Assembly: GCF_018977255.1 (NCBI RefSeq)
Contig: NW_024704754.1
Location: 13,950,001-14,014,000 of the forward strand
Reading direction: 5' to 3'
DNA length: 64,000 nucleotides
DNA from: Callorhinchus milii
Lineage: Eukaryota
The position numbers were made by a program, and so were the translations under genes. Shown in pieces: positions 38,366 through 49,720 of this stretch. Numbering within the stretch: position 1 is the stretch's first letter; every line of letters starts with the position of its first letter. The notes under the pieces were generated by a model. That model saw only the letters and a list, made by a program, of their open reading frames with translations, had not been told where the DNA came from and did not search any database.

Positions 38366-38840
38366 ATGGTTGTCAACTCTGGTTGGACATACTGAGTTAC
38401 CCTGAAACAAATTAACTGTGGAGCGACGCTAAAATTATCCATTTTGAGAAAAGGGTTCTGTTCCTTTGAAAGTGCAAAAGGCATGTGAGCCCGGGTTATG
38501 TTTGGTCGCCATCATAAAGTGAAACAGCAATGACTTGACGGTAGTTAGATAACATAAGTCGCAGCACCAGTGGACCAATAAGATGGTTGAGAGAGGGCAA
38601 GAGTGCATTGGCTTGACATTTCAGATGGATTGTAGAGTCTCCAGGTGGGGATGAAACAAATGAGAAGTTGATAACACGATAAATCTGATTCACCAAATGC
38701 CAATAAATATTACATTTTGAGAATTCCCTATGACGGATCTCATGGATTAGTTGCAATATTGTCCGGGCGATTAATATTTAATACCTGGAGATGCCCGGAC
38801 AATCCTGGAGTCTAAGCAACCCCAACCCTACTGCACTGTC
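38366..38840. mobile_element. Probable non-autonomous DNA transposon (MITE) in intron 5
   Basis: Degenerate terminal inverted ends (atggttgtcaac... / ...gcaacccc(aaccc)ta) and a subterminal 11-bp inverted repeat at 38758-38768 / 38793-38803. Confidence 0.45.
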
Positions 38841-39012
38841 CAGTAAATGCATGTGTGCCAAGTGCATTTACACTGTAGAGAGATGAAGCTTCTTCACTCC
38901 CACCAACATGGAATCCTCCTCCCCACGCTATCTGGCTGCGAAAAAATTATCTCCTGCACCTTATCAGAACTCACCACGTGAAGAAATTATTCTGATCTCA
39001 TTAATTTCCAAG

Positions 39013-39186
39013 CTGTAACCTGCTGTATTGATGCTTGCGATAGCTCTGGCCATAATGGCACCATGTTGTCACCAGGCTCCTATACCAGGATGCTGCTGCT
39101 GATTGTGGGCCTCATTGCTGGGACTACCGTAGCCATCATAATCTTTGTTATCGTGTCATGGAAACGGAAGAAGCAAGTCATCGAAG
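39013..39186 (+). CDS. Siglec-like gene 1, stalk/transmembrane exon (acceptor at 39012 or 39075, both in frame)
   Basis: Uncharged hydrophobic run MLLLIVGLIAGTTVAIIIFVIVSW followed by the stop-transfer KRKK, and donor G|gtgagt at 39186/39187. Either acceptor keeps phase 1. Confidence 0.8.
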
Positions 39187-39813
39187 GTGAGTGCTCAGCT
39201 TTCTATCAGTTATTTCTTTTTTTAAAAAACTCTAATTCCCTTACAATTTCTCTACCTGTTTCATAGGTGGACATTAAAAATCACACAACACTATTGGAAA
39301 AGAAAAGGGAGTTTCTCCCGGCCAACATTAACCCAGATAAACTGGTCTATTCACCTTATGGCTGTTTGTGGGACTTTGCTGTGTGCAAAATATAATATAA
39401 TTTTGCAAGTAATTACTTGCAAAACACTGAGCTGTTTCGATGCAATTACGTTTTTCACTTTTCACTCATTTCCAGTCTCTGGTCTTATTTTCCTGGTTTA
39501 GTTTGAACGTGATCAGAAAGTGTTGGAAGGTGAAATGGTATCAATCATCTTTGAGAAGATAAACTCTTAATTCTAACCATTTTGCAGCAGATGCATTGCT
39601 GGAGCAAACAAATGAGTCACAAGAATCAATGACAATGCTTGACAGTAATTACTATCTGATATTTTGACCCAATAAAGTGCTATGAAAATAGATGTTCTTT
39701 CTTTCTTTACAGGAAAGATCATTGTGAATCTCTTATCCATCAGTGGATTTTGAAGTGATAAAAGAAATATTTTGAATTCAAATGATTAATTGGTTCCTTT
39801 TGTGTTGTCTCAG

Positions 39814-39875
39814 GAAGAGAATTGGAAAATGAGGCACAGCCAGTGATGTACACTGAAGTGCAAACAGCAAAAAAG
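39814..39875 (+). CDS. Siglec-like gene 1, cytoplasmic exon with ITIM (VMYTEV)
   Basis: Acceptor ttttgtgttgtctcag|, donor AAG|gttagt. Phase-1 splice from the TM exon gives GRELENEAQPVMYTEVQTAKK. VMYTEV fits the (I/V/L/S)xYxx(L/V) consensus. Confidence 0.72.
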
Positions 39876-39973
39876 GTTAGTAAAGGTCCTCCTAAGAATA
39901 AAGTTTTTCCTTCTGAATCCAGGGATCTTCAACAGGGAGGAGGGGGCAGGAGGTGATGGTGGGAAGTTTCTAG

Positions 39974-40343
39974 ATAATAATATTCCTTGCCTTTGATACA
40001 GCACCTTATCACATCTTCAAGACGTCTTAAAGCACTTCACGGAATATATTGTAAAGGGAATTGACTGTATATTTTGAGGGCGTAACGCAGCAGTCAATTG
40101 TGCACAGCAGTGTCCCTTAAACAGTCATGGATTGAGGAATCAAACTATTATTTTTTTAAGGAATTATTACTCCCGGTAAAGCGATCCACCAATTGACTAA
40201 CAACCAGGTTCCTACTTACTGTGAGGTAAACAGAGACGTGTGGAGTAAGGAAACTTGCCCAACATTTCACCCTGCCCGGGAATCAAACCCAGGTCTCTCG
40301 CTTGCGAGGCGAGTGCTCTAACCACTGAGCTCCAGGCCTCCAC
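39974..40343 (-). mobile_element. tRNA-Ala(CGC)-headed SINE downstream of the ITIM exon
   Basis: Full head, core and tail on the minus strand. Confidence 0.82.
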
Positions 40344-41939
40344 AAAGATGACAATGATGAGGTCGGCCTGTAATTTATGTAGCGCTCCTCACGCAGGGTA
40401 TCGCCCCAGAGCTCAGAGCACGAGGCCGAGCCGGGGGGGTGACATTAGGCACGGTCGAAGTGGAAGGTCTAGAACCGCCACCTGAAGATGGTGAGGAAAG
40501 GCGCAAGACGGAGGGATAGAGGAAAAGTGCTCCAGAGTTTCGGGGCGCAGTGACTGAAAGCCCATCAATTTTCAATCAGTCTGTTGCATTTTCACATGCT
40601 TTTCAGTTCACCACAGAAACTTACCGACAGAACTATTCCTGGTGTTTTTACCACATCTGCTTGCAGTGGGTTCACATTAAATGAGAAGTGGCATTTCATA
40701 TTGTACTGTTGTTTCTCAATGTTTCTAACCAGTGCGCTCCTAACAGGGTGCCCAGGGAGCTCCAGCCGAGGCCCATGGCAGGCGGGATAAGGAATTTGCC
40801 TACGCCAACTTGCAGCATGAGCCAAACGGCAAGCAGCAGGTGAAAGGGCAGAGCGAGCTAGTGGAGTTTGTGGGCACAGTGTGAGGATCTGCTGGGAGAC
40901 TGCAGTGCACGCCTCCCTCCACTCTGTCAAACTATACTTGAGAAGATTGAAAACGGATTAAAATGTAAACAAAGTGTATGCGGCTATCTCGGGGCAAACC
41001 CATTTGGGAACAAAACTTGGACTTTGTGCGGGAGAGGGAGGGAGGGAGGTAATCTGTATTTTATTTGCTTTCTATTCCATTGGAAAAATTATAAAATGTT
41101 TCTAAATCACAGTTTAGAATCTCCAAAATCTCATACGTGTATGTATCAAACATCTCACGGAGAAGTACATTTAGTCTTTGTAAGTGATCCTTCCAGAGAG
41201 TAACGTTTTGAAGAACAAAGTGTTAAAGCAGAGAATCATTGAAAGCTGTAAAACTAAGATAACATTGAATGAAATGGAAAACATGTGCCCTTTTTTGTCC
41301 TGTTTCTCATGCTGTTATATTGAAGGTGACACCAAGACTGCAATCTAACCAATCGAGTTTGTGCATTATCTAGGATTGAGTTTGTTTTGGGGCAGAAAGG
41401 CCTATTTATGTGCTGTAATATTTCTATGATTCCATAATTGGCACATACAAAAATTTGTCAAATTCCTCCCCTTTGATACCAAATCTGTTTTACTATTTAA
41501 AAAAAAACTCGGTGTTTCATGCTGAAATCAGCTACAGCCATTGATGGTTGGGCATCTATTGCCAATGTTATACAGACCTGAAACCTGTACAGTATGGGAC
41601 CGGGGGGTGGGGGGGAATGATTCTCTTTAATACCCGCAGACATGTGGGAGATTTGTGAGCTATCTGTGCAGAGCCTAATACAAGCATGTAAACATCCTGA
41701 GTTATACTCAATGTTTTATTCTCATTGGGTTTAGTAGTACAGCAATATCACAATGACCACATGAACATACTTATCTGTCACTGTATGTATCTCATCTAAA
41801 CTCACATTACCATCAGTGAGTACTATTTGCTCCTTTGTTGATCTATTTATCCCTCCTGACTTCCCTCGCTTTGAACTGTTGTACTGTGTTTCTACAAACT
41901 TCACCCATTTCCTGGAATATTTTTTCTATCTCTCCCTCT

Positions 41940-42115
41940 TATTCTGTTTCTCTCTCTCTCTCTCTCTCTATCTCTCTGTCTTTCTCCCTGCTTATCTATT
42001 TCTCTCTCTCTCTGAGTCTTTCCATCTACCTGTGTGTCTCTCACTGTTTCTCTCTTTCCCTGTCTGACTCTCGTTGTCTGTGTCTCTCTCTAATTTCATC
42101 TCCTTTCTTTCATTT
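41940..42115. repeat. (CT)n-rich polypyrimidine tract
   Basis: Directly visible degenerate CT repeat. Confidence 0.9.
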
Positions 42116-42120
42116 ATAAG

Positions 42121-42154
42121 AGAGTATTATAACATCCCACACTTACATTGCTAA
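42121..42154 (+). CDS. Candidate terminal exon of gene 1 (uncertain)
   Basis: AG at 42119-42120 follows a roughly 180-nt pyrimidine tract. A phase-0 join gives RVL*. Another frame reads EYYNIPHLHC* but needs an unidentified phase 0-2 exon. Confidence 0.2.
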
Positions 42155-44320
42155 GCACTAAAGTATTACATCCATTTAGAAAATTTTAATTTAAAAAAAG
42201 CCGAGCTGACACAAAAATCGGGCTGAACGCATCAGATCCGGAATTTAAACACACTAATTCCAAAGTAAATTTCCATTTTCTTTTTAGAAATAATGACGAG
42301 GAATAACTTTCCAATAACGATTTTTCACCAAATTAATAGAAATAATCTTAAATTATTTTAATTTTGTTTATTATATGGAAATATTCAGAGTTCTAGACAC
42401 TGCTCCTCAGGAATGAAACATACACAGTGCTGGGAATTCATTCTCCAGCCTTTGTCAGGCACTTTCCCAGTGTTCAGAAATCACAATTGGCTGTTTTGAA
42501 TAATATTAGATGACTTTCAATATTTGCAAGCGGGAGAGTATTTATCACTGCCCATCCACTTTGCAAATATTGCAAGTTAGACCTGAATATTGTTATAATT
42601 CACAGCACATTTACAATTGAAAAGAATTGTCCTGTTAGTGCATAAGAGTTCGACAATTGAGAGTTCAATAAAAATATCCACAGCGGAGCATTTGTGGGCT
42701 CGAAAATGTTCAATTAAAATGTCATGAGCTTAATCACACATAATCTACCATTGTCTTCAACGAGTTTATATAGAGTAGGAAACTCGGGATCTGTGGTACC
42801 TTGATATAGGATAAGACTTGTGCAACACATAATGTTTACCAGGATAATTTTCCAATGAATACATTATGCAGTGTCACAAATTTGACCCCAGTGTCTTTTC
42901 ATCTATATATATTTAGTAATCTCTTTCTGACTGTACATCTGTGTTTATGAATTTTGCCTTGTTTATTGATTGTGTAAATGCAGTAATCATACATTAACTG
43001 CTAACCAGAAAAATAAACACGATCGGATTCTTAATCATCGCATGCATCTGGACTATCTGTGAGTTGTGATCAGTTCACGATCGCAAGTTATGACTTGCTG
43101 TGAATGGTATAATGTTAATTATAATATGAGTCAAACAACATTCAACCCTGAATGCCCTTTCTTTCCATGGATTAACTGATGTTGTGCACAGCCCTGCTCT
43201 CTAAGACTTTGAGTGCCCAATCTCTAAGGCAGTGCAGAGGAGATCATAGAGGCTGATAATAACAACTAACAATATGATAATATTGTTGCTAACGTAGCTC
43301 CTTTCATGTAAAATGAAGGTCTTGAAGCACTTTACAAAATGTTATTGATTAGAAATAACACCGACTGTTATACACGCAAATATTAGGCCAATTTTCACCA
43401 TCGGATAAACAGCAATGAGATGAGCAATTCATTTCAATTTGATGTAAATTTTCACAAGGAGAGGAATATAAACGAGGATAACAAAAAGAAAAACTCCATT
43501 TTTCTTTTTGAAATAGCAAATTACAAGGCGGGCGAACTGAAATCCATTAAAAAATGTGATGGTGATCTTAAAATAAATAATTAATAATGATCACCAGTGT
43601 TACAAGGATGAGCTCTGAGTAATGTTTAGATAAGATAGGGCTTCTGTTTAATGTGGACACTCCTAGCTCCTGGAACCTTTCTCTCAAATATTTTTGCGTA
43701 TAATCCTTACATTTAGTAAAATGCCTTATCGAGTCAGAAGAACATCTCAAAGGAATTGCTGTGAAAAGAAGTGACTGCATATTGGTAGGTAAATGCAATT
43801 GCTCACAGTAATGTCCCACAAACAGCCATGAAACAAATGACCAATTTTTATTTGTGGAATTGGCCAGGATACCTAGAAAAACTCCCTTAGTGCTATGACA
43901 TCTTTAACGTCCATCTGAACAGGCAGAAGGGACTTTCCATTTAATGTCTCACTCAAAGGATGGATGAATAGAGTTGCCCTTAAATTAATTTCCATTATTT
44001 TCCTGCACATTCGTCTGTTCCTAAATCTGTAAACATTTGAAAAATTGTTCCTTTTATCCTGAGTTTTTCATACCTGGTAAAAAGTGGAATTTGCCAGCAA
44101 GCCTGTCAGCTACACCTTACCTTCTCACCCTCGACCCAGAGGAAACAAACAAAAAGTTTTTTTATAGCACCTCATCACATTAAAATATATCAAAGTGCTT
44201 CACAGTAATAATTGTCAAATCTGGTGACCATATGTGTCGACCAAAATAGCAGCAGCAAAGTCCTACAAACAACCACGAGATGAATAGTCTAATGATAATA
44301 ATAAAAATAGTACTTATATT

Positions 44321-44563
44321 AATTATTAATATTAATATCGTAGTCCCTCCGCCTTACCCTCTCCCTGGCCTCCTTCAAGAACCATCTAAAGACACTCCTC
44401 TTCAAGCGTGCTTTCGATCACCCTTCTTCCCCCCCTGTTCTCCGCCCTTCCTGATCCCGACCCCCAGCTCGGGTCCGAAACTCTGTCTGTCTAGCGCCTT
44501 TGGACGTCCTCCCGACACGACTATAAAAATTTAATTTTGTTGTTGTTGTTGTTGTTGCTGCTG
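44321..44563 (+). mobile_element. L2 3' fragment inserted after the tandem duplication
   Basis: TSD TTATATT at 44314-44320 and 44564-44570. The single empty site is at 51675-51681. Confidence 0.88.
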
Positions 44564-45157
44564 TTATATTTGATTATAGGCCATTCACGTGGAGAAGATG
44601 CCGCAAAAGATTTACAGGATTTACTGTAAATTGGAGTGACTACTTTTGCTGGTAAATTCAGCAGTTAACTTGAACACAACAATATCCCACAAACAGTGAT
44701 GAAATAAATGACCAATTTTATCTGCCGTTTCCCCTGCCCCGGCATTGAGAATGATTCCGTGGAGGAAGGTGGGGAGGCAAGGTTTGTCTTTGCACATCTG
44801 GGCAATGTTTAAATGATAAGTTATCAATTCAAACCACATCAAAGGACTCCTCTCTGTATTAAATGCTCTAAAATGTTCACCTGATGAGAGAGAGAATCTC
44901 CTGAACTCTTGATCAAATTATAAGAATAACAATCTTTGCATTTGATACAGCATCCTATCACATCAAAGTGCCACAGAATATATCGTAAATTGAATTGACT
45001 GTATATTTTGTGGGCAAAATGAGGCAGTCAATTGCATACAGCAGTGTCCCACACTCTTGGATTGAGTGACCAATTTTTTTTTAAGGAATTGGTACCCTCA
45101 AAAAGCGATCTGCCTATCGACTAACAACTGGGTTCCTACTTGCTGCTAGGCAAACAG

Positions 45158-47645
45158 AAAGCCGAGCAGCGTGAGGAAGAAACTGAGTGAGGTGGAACAG
45201 AATGAGAATTCTGTTAAGGAATTTGGTGAGAATGGGAATTCTTCAGAAGAGAGATACCAAAGAGCAAGAGAGAATTCTTTCATTCAACAGAAGAGTAGGA
45301 AATCTTTCTTAAGGTGGAGGCAACCTTATATGTAAGCAGGCAAACAAGTCAATTAGCAGTTGATCATAGGCCAGGTGTTGGGATTAATAAATTTGCTGAT
45401 AAATTGAAACTGGGTACTTTTGTTTGAGTCCTATATAAAGGAGAAGTATTGTGAGAGCTCAGCAGCGTGAGGTGGAATGGAATGAGAATTCTGTTAAGGA
45501 AGTTGCATGGAGTGGACAAATAAGATTGGGGAGCTGCAGGCTCAAGTTGCCACATGGAGTTATGATGTAGTAGCAATAATGGAGACCTGGCTCAAACAAG
45601 GGCAGGAATGGGAGCTGAATATTCCTGGCTACAATGTATTCAGGACCAATGTCAGTTCCAAAACACAATCAATCAATCAATCAATCAATCAACCAATCAA
45701 TAAATCAATAAATAATGTATGATAAATGTCAGGTCCAAAATACAGAAGATAATCCAATAGAATATAGAAAGTACAGAGGAGAACTGAAAAGGGAAATAAG
45801 AGGGGCGAACATATTTTAAGAGAAAAGATTAGCGGGTAACATGAAAGAGAATCCTAAGATATGTTATAAGCATATAAAGAATAAAAGGTTAGTCAAAGAT
45901 AGGGTGGGTCCAATTAGGAACCAAAGAGGAAATCTTCTCGTGGAGGCAGAGGGCATGGCTGACATTCTGAATGAGTACTTTGCATCTGTCTTCACAAAAG
46001 AAGAGGATACAACCAATGCCACACTATCGGAGGAGGGGGTAGAGAAATTGGATAAGATAAGAATAAACTGAGAGGAGGTACTAAAAAGGTTGACAGTGCT
46101 CAAGGGAGGTAAGTCACCCAGTACGAATGGGATACATCCTAGGTTACTGAGGGAAGTAAGAGTGGAAATAACAGAGGCTCTGGCCACAATCTTTCAATCC
46201 TCCTTGGACACCGGAGTGGTGCCAGAGGACTGGAGAGTTGCCAATGTTAGACCACTGTACAAAAAGGGACAAAGGATAAACCCGGGAACTACAGGCCAGT
46301 CAGCCTAATGTCAGTAGTGGAGGAAACTTCTAGAGATTATAATCCGGGACAAAATAAATTTTCACTTAGAAAAATATTGATTAATAAAGTACAGCCAAAA
46401 CGGATTTGTTAAAGCAAATCGTGCCTAAGAAACCTGAAAGAGTTTTTGATGAATTAACGGAGAGGGTGGATGAAGGCAGTTGATGTAGTTTATATGGATT
46501 TTCAAAAGGCGTTTGATAAAGTGCCACATAAGAGACTTGTAAGCAAAATAGAAGCCCACAGTATTAAAGGGACAGTGATAGATTGGGTACAGAACTGGGA
46601 GACAGAAAGCAGAGAATGGTGGTGAATGGTTGCTTTTCTGCCTGGGGGAAATGTGCAATGGCATCCCCCAGGGATCGATATTGAGACCACTGCTGTTTTT
46701 GATCTACATAATTGACCTGGACTTGAGTATTGGGAGTACAATTTCCAAGTTTGCAGATGATACTAAAGTAGGAAACAGTGAGGAGGATAGTAGCAGACTG
46801 TAAGTGGATATGAACAGAATGGTAAAATGGGCAGACACATGGCAGGTGAAGTTTAATGTGGAGAAACGTGAAGTGATGCATTTTGAGAGGAAGAATGAGG
46901 AGAGGCAATATAAGCTGATGGTACAATCTTAAAGGGGGTGAAGGATAGGAAGGATATGGGGGTTCATATAAGTAAATGTTGGGGTAGCTGGACTGGTAAA
47001 TAGAGCTGTTAAAAAATGAATACAGGATACTAGCCTTTATAAATTGGGGCAAAGAATACAAAAGTCAGGAAGTTATGATGAATCTTTATAAAACACTAGT
47101 TAGGCCTCAGTTAGAAACTGTGTTCAGTTCTGGGCTCCACATTTTGGAAAGGATATCAAGGCATTGGAGAGGGTGCAAAGGAAATTTACCAGGATGGTAA
47201 CAGGAATGAGGGACTTCAATTATCAGGAGAGGCTAGAGAAGCTAGGGTTATTCTCCTCTCCTTAAAAGGAGATTTAATAGAAGTTTTCCAAATTATGAGG
47301 AGCTCGATAGGGTGAACAAGAAGAAATAATTTCCACTGGCGTGTGGATCAGTAACCCGAAGACACCAATTTAAATTGTTGTTAAAAGAAACAGAGGGAAG
47401 GGGAGGAGAATGTTTTTCACACAGTGAGTTGTTCAGATCTGGATGCATTGCCTGAAATGGTGGTGGAAGCCGATTCGATAACAACTTTTAAGAGAGAAGT
47501 AGATAATTATTTGAGGAGGACAAGTTTGCAGGGCTATGGGGAGAGAGCGGGGAAGTGAGATTGATTTAGATAGCTCTTTTCAAGGAGCCAGCACAGACAC
47601 AATGGGTCGAATGCCTTCCTCCTGTGCTGTATAAATCTATGATTC
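45158..47645 (+). mobile_element. Internally deleted CR1 element (5' region, EN and RT remnants, 3' end)
   Basis: GELQAQVATWSYDVVAIMETWL (EN start), ILNEYFASVFTKE, PEDWRVANV.PLYKKG, and the terminal ctatgattcta. Absent from duplicate unit 2. Confidence 0.85.
45666..45712. repeat. (CAAT)n microsatellite
   Basis: Directly visible tetranucleotide repeat inside the CR1 element. Confidence 0.9.
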
Positions 47646-48419
47646 TACTAGAGGTGTGTGGAGTAAAGAAACTTGCCCAATGTTTCGTCCTGCCTGGAAA
47701 CAAACCCAGGTCTCTCACTTGGAGGCGAATAGTCTAACCACTGAGCTACAGGACTCCATTATAGCCTTTTGATCATCAATTACATTCCACCAGAAACTTG
47801 TTGTAGGATATCCCTTTAATAAGTAAAAAGCAATTAAGAAACAGACCAAAGAGTGTACAATATGTGAAATAAAAGATCTCATAATCTTGTGTGACAGAAA
47901 TTGTTGCTTAGTTTCAACAGGAAATAATTGTCTCCTCTGTCACTATTGTTTCTTAATGCTTTTACTCAATACATTTCTCATCCGTTACACAATTCTGCAA
48001 ACACTGCAACCAGAAAGTGAACCCAGGAGATTTGGTTCCATCGAGATTAGTGCAATGTGTGAATCTGTTTTTAGACTGAAAACAAACAATTGCTTAAATA
48101 CAGTTCCTTATAAATACAGCTGCCTTGCTCTGCTTCTGAAAAAATTGGAAAAAATAAGTAGCTGAGTCAGGGAAAAGGAAGATGGTATAAGTATCTGTAT
48201 CAGGGAAAGGGAAGATGGAGTGAATGATTGAGAGAATGAGTGAGAGAGGCAGGAAGGAGAATACAGAGAGGGGGCGATCATTAAGAGAGAGCGAGAGAGA
48301 GAGAGAGGGTGGGGTGGGGGTTACAGAGAGAGAAGAGAGTTACTGGCAGAGACACAAATAGACGGAAAGAGAAAGAGTTACTAAGTGTGAGAGCAGAAAT
48401 GCTGAGGGTCAGAATGCTG

Positions 48420-49720
48420 TACTTGCAGTTAATGTTTTAGAAACAGGAGTAGGCCATTCAGCCCATCGAGCCTGTTCCGCCATTCTATAAGATCATGGCT
48501 GATCTATACCTCAAGTCCAATTTCCTGAAGTGCAGTGCCAAAAACTGAACACAGCAATCCTGATGGGGTCCGACCAAGCAAGGCTCCATACGGTTGAAGT
48601 ATCATTTCCTCTCCTTTATATTCCAGTCCCCTTGAGATAATGGCCGACATCCCATTAGCCTTTTTCATAACTTTTTATATCTGTGAACTAGTTTTTAGTG
48701 AATTGTGTAAGTGGACACAAAAATCCTCCACAGTTCTGAGTTTCTCACCATTTAAAAAATGTTCTGTTTTGAATTATTGGATTTGTATTATTGGATTCAC
48801 AGTGGATGATCTCACGCTTACCCACATTGAATTCCATCTGACACAGTTTTGCCCACTCACGTAATCTCCTTGGGACATCCTCCCGACTTGAAAGGCACTA
48901 TACACATGTAATTTTGTTTCTTTTGTTGTGTATGTCCCTTTATAACTTCCTGCTCCCATCTACACAATTTACTGTGTCCCCAACTTTGTGCCATTTGCAA
49001 ATTTTTACATAAAACTCTCTATTCCCTCATCCAGGTCATTGATGTAAATATGTGGTGAAAAGCTAAGGCCCCAGTGCAGACCCCTAAGTAAAAACACTTA
49101 TTACATCCCGCCAATCAGAGAATGTTCCCCCTATCCCTACTCGGCTTACTGCCTTTCAACCAATTACCAAGCCATGTTGCAAGTTTACTTCCAATTCCTT
49201 GCTATTTCATTTTTTCTGATAACCTTTTGTACGGAACCTTAGCAAATGCCTTCTGAAAGTCCATGAAAACAACATCTATAGACACTCTCTTATCCACCAT
49301 GTTAATGACCCCCTCAAAAAATTCAATTAGATTTGTCAGACGTGACCTACTCTTCTCAAATCCATGCTGACTCCCTTTGATTAGCTCGAAGTTGTCCGAA
49401 TGCTCAGTTACCTTGTCAATGATGAGAGATTCAGTAACTTCCCTACAACGCAAGTTAAGATGACATGTCTGCAGTTACCTAGTTTCTCCCTCCTTCCCTT
49501 CTTAAATAATGGAGTGACATTTGCAATTTTCAAATCCAAGGGCAAAATTTTCGAATATAGAGATTCGAGGGTAATTCGTATTACCCTTTTTATTCATGTC
49601 AAATCCATTAATTACTTCTCTTTGACTTATTTTTAGGTTCCACTGTACCGCTGGTATTTTGTCCTCTTCCTCTACTGGCTAAACAGAAGCAAACTATTCA
49701 TTCAATGTTTTGGATGACTC
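48420..49720 (-). mobile_element. CR1 ORF2 fragment (unit 1; paralog at 53285-54830)
   Basis: LIKGSQHGF...LTNLIEFFE...IDVVFMDFQKAFAKVP. Confidence 0.8.

Larger units (their letters stand above)
44925..47759 (-). mobile_element. SINE split by a CR1 insertion (tail/core 44925-45157, head 47651-47759)
   Basis: The two halves rejoin as ...aaacaga|gtgtgtggagtaa..., which is uninterrupted in the paralog at 52281-52300. Confidence 0.8.

Noticed and set aside
40607-41815. Several alternative candidates for further cytoplasmic exons (acceptors at 40606, 41639, 41671, 41737/41742)
   Set aside because: None gave both compatible phase and a convincing Tyr motif. The terminal exon is left unresolved.
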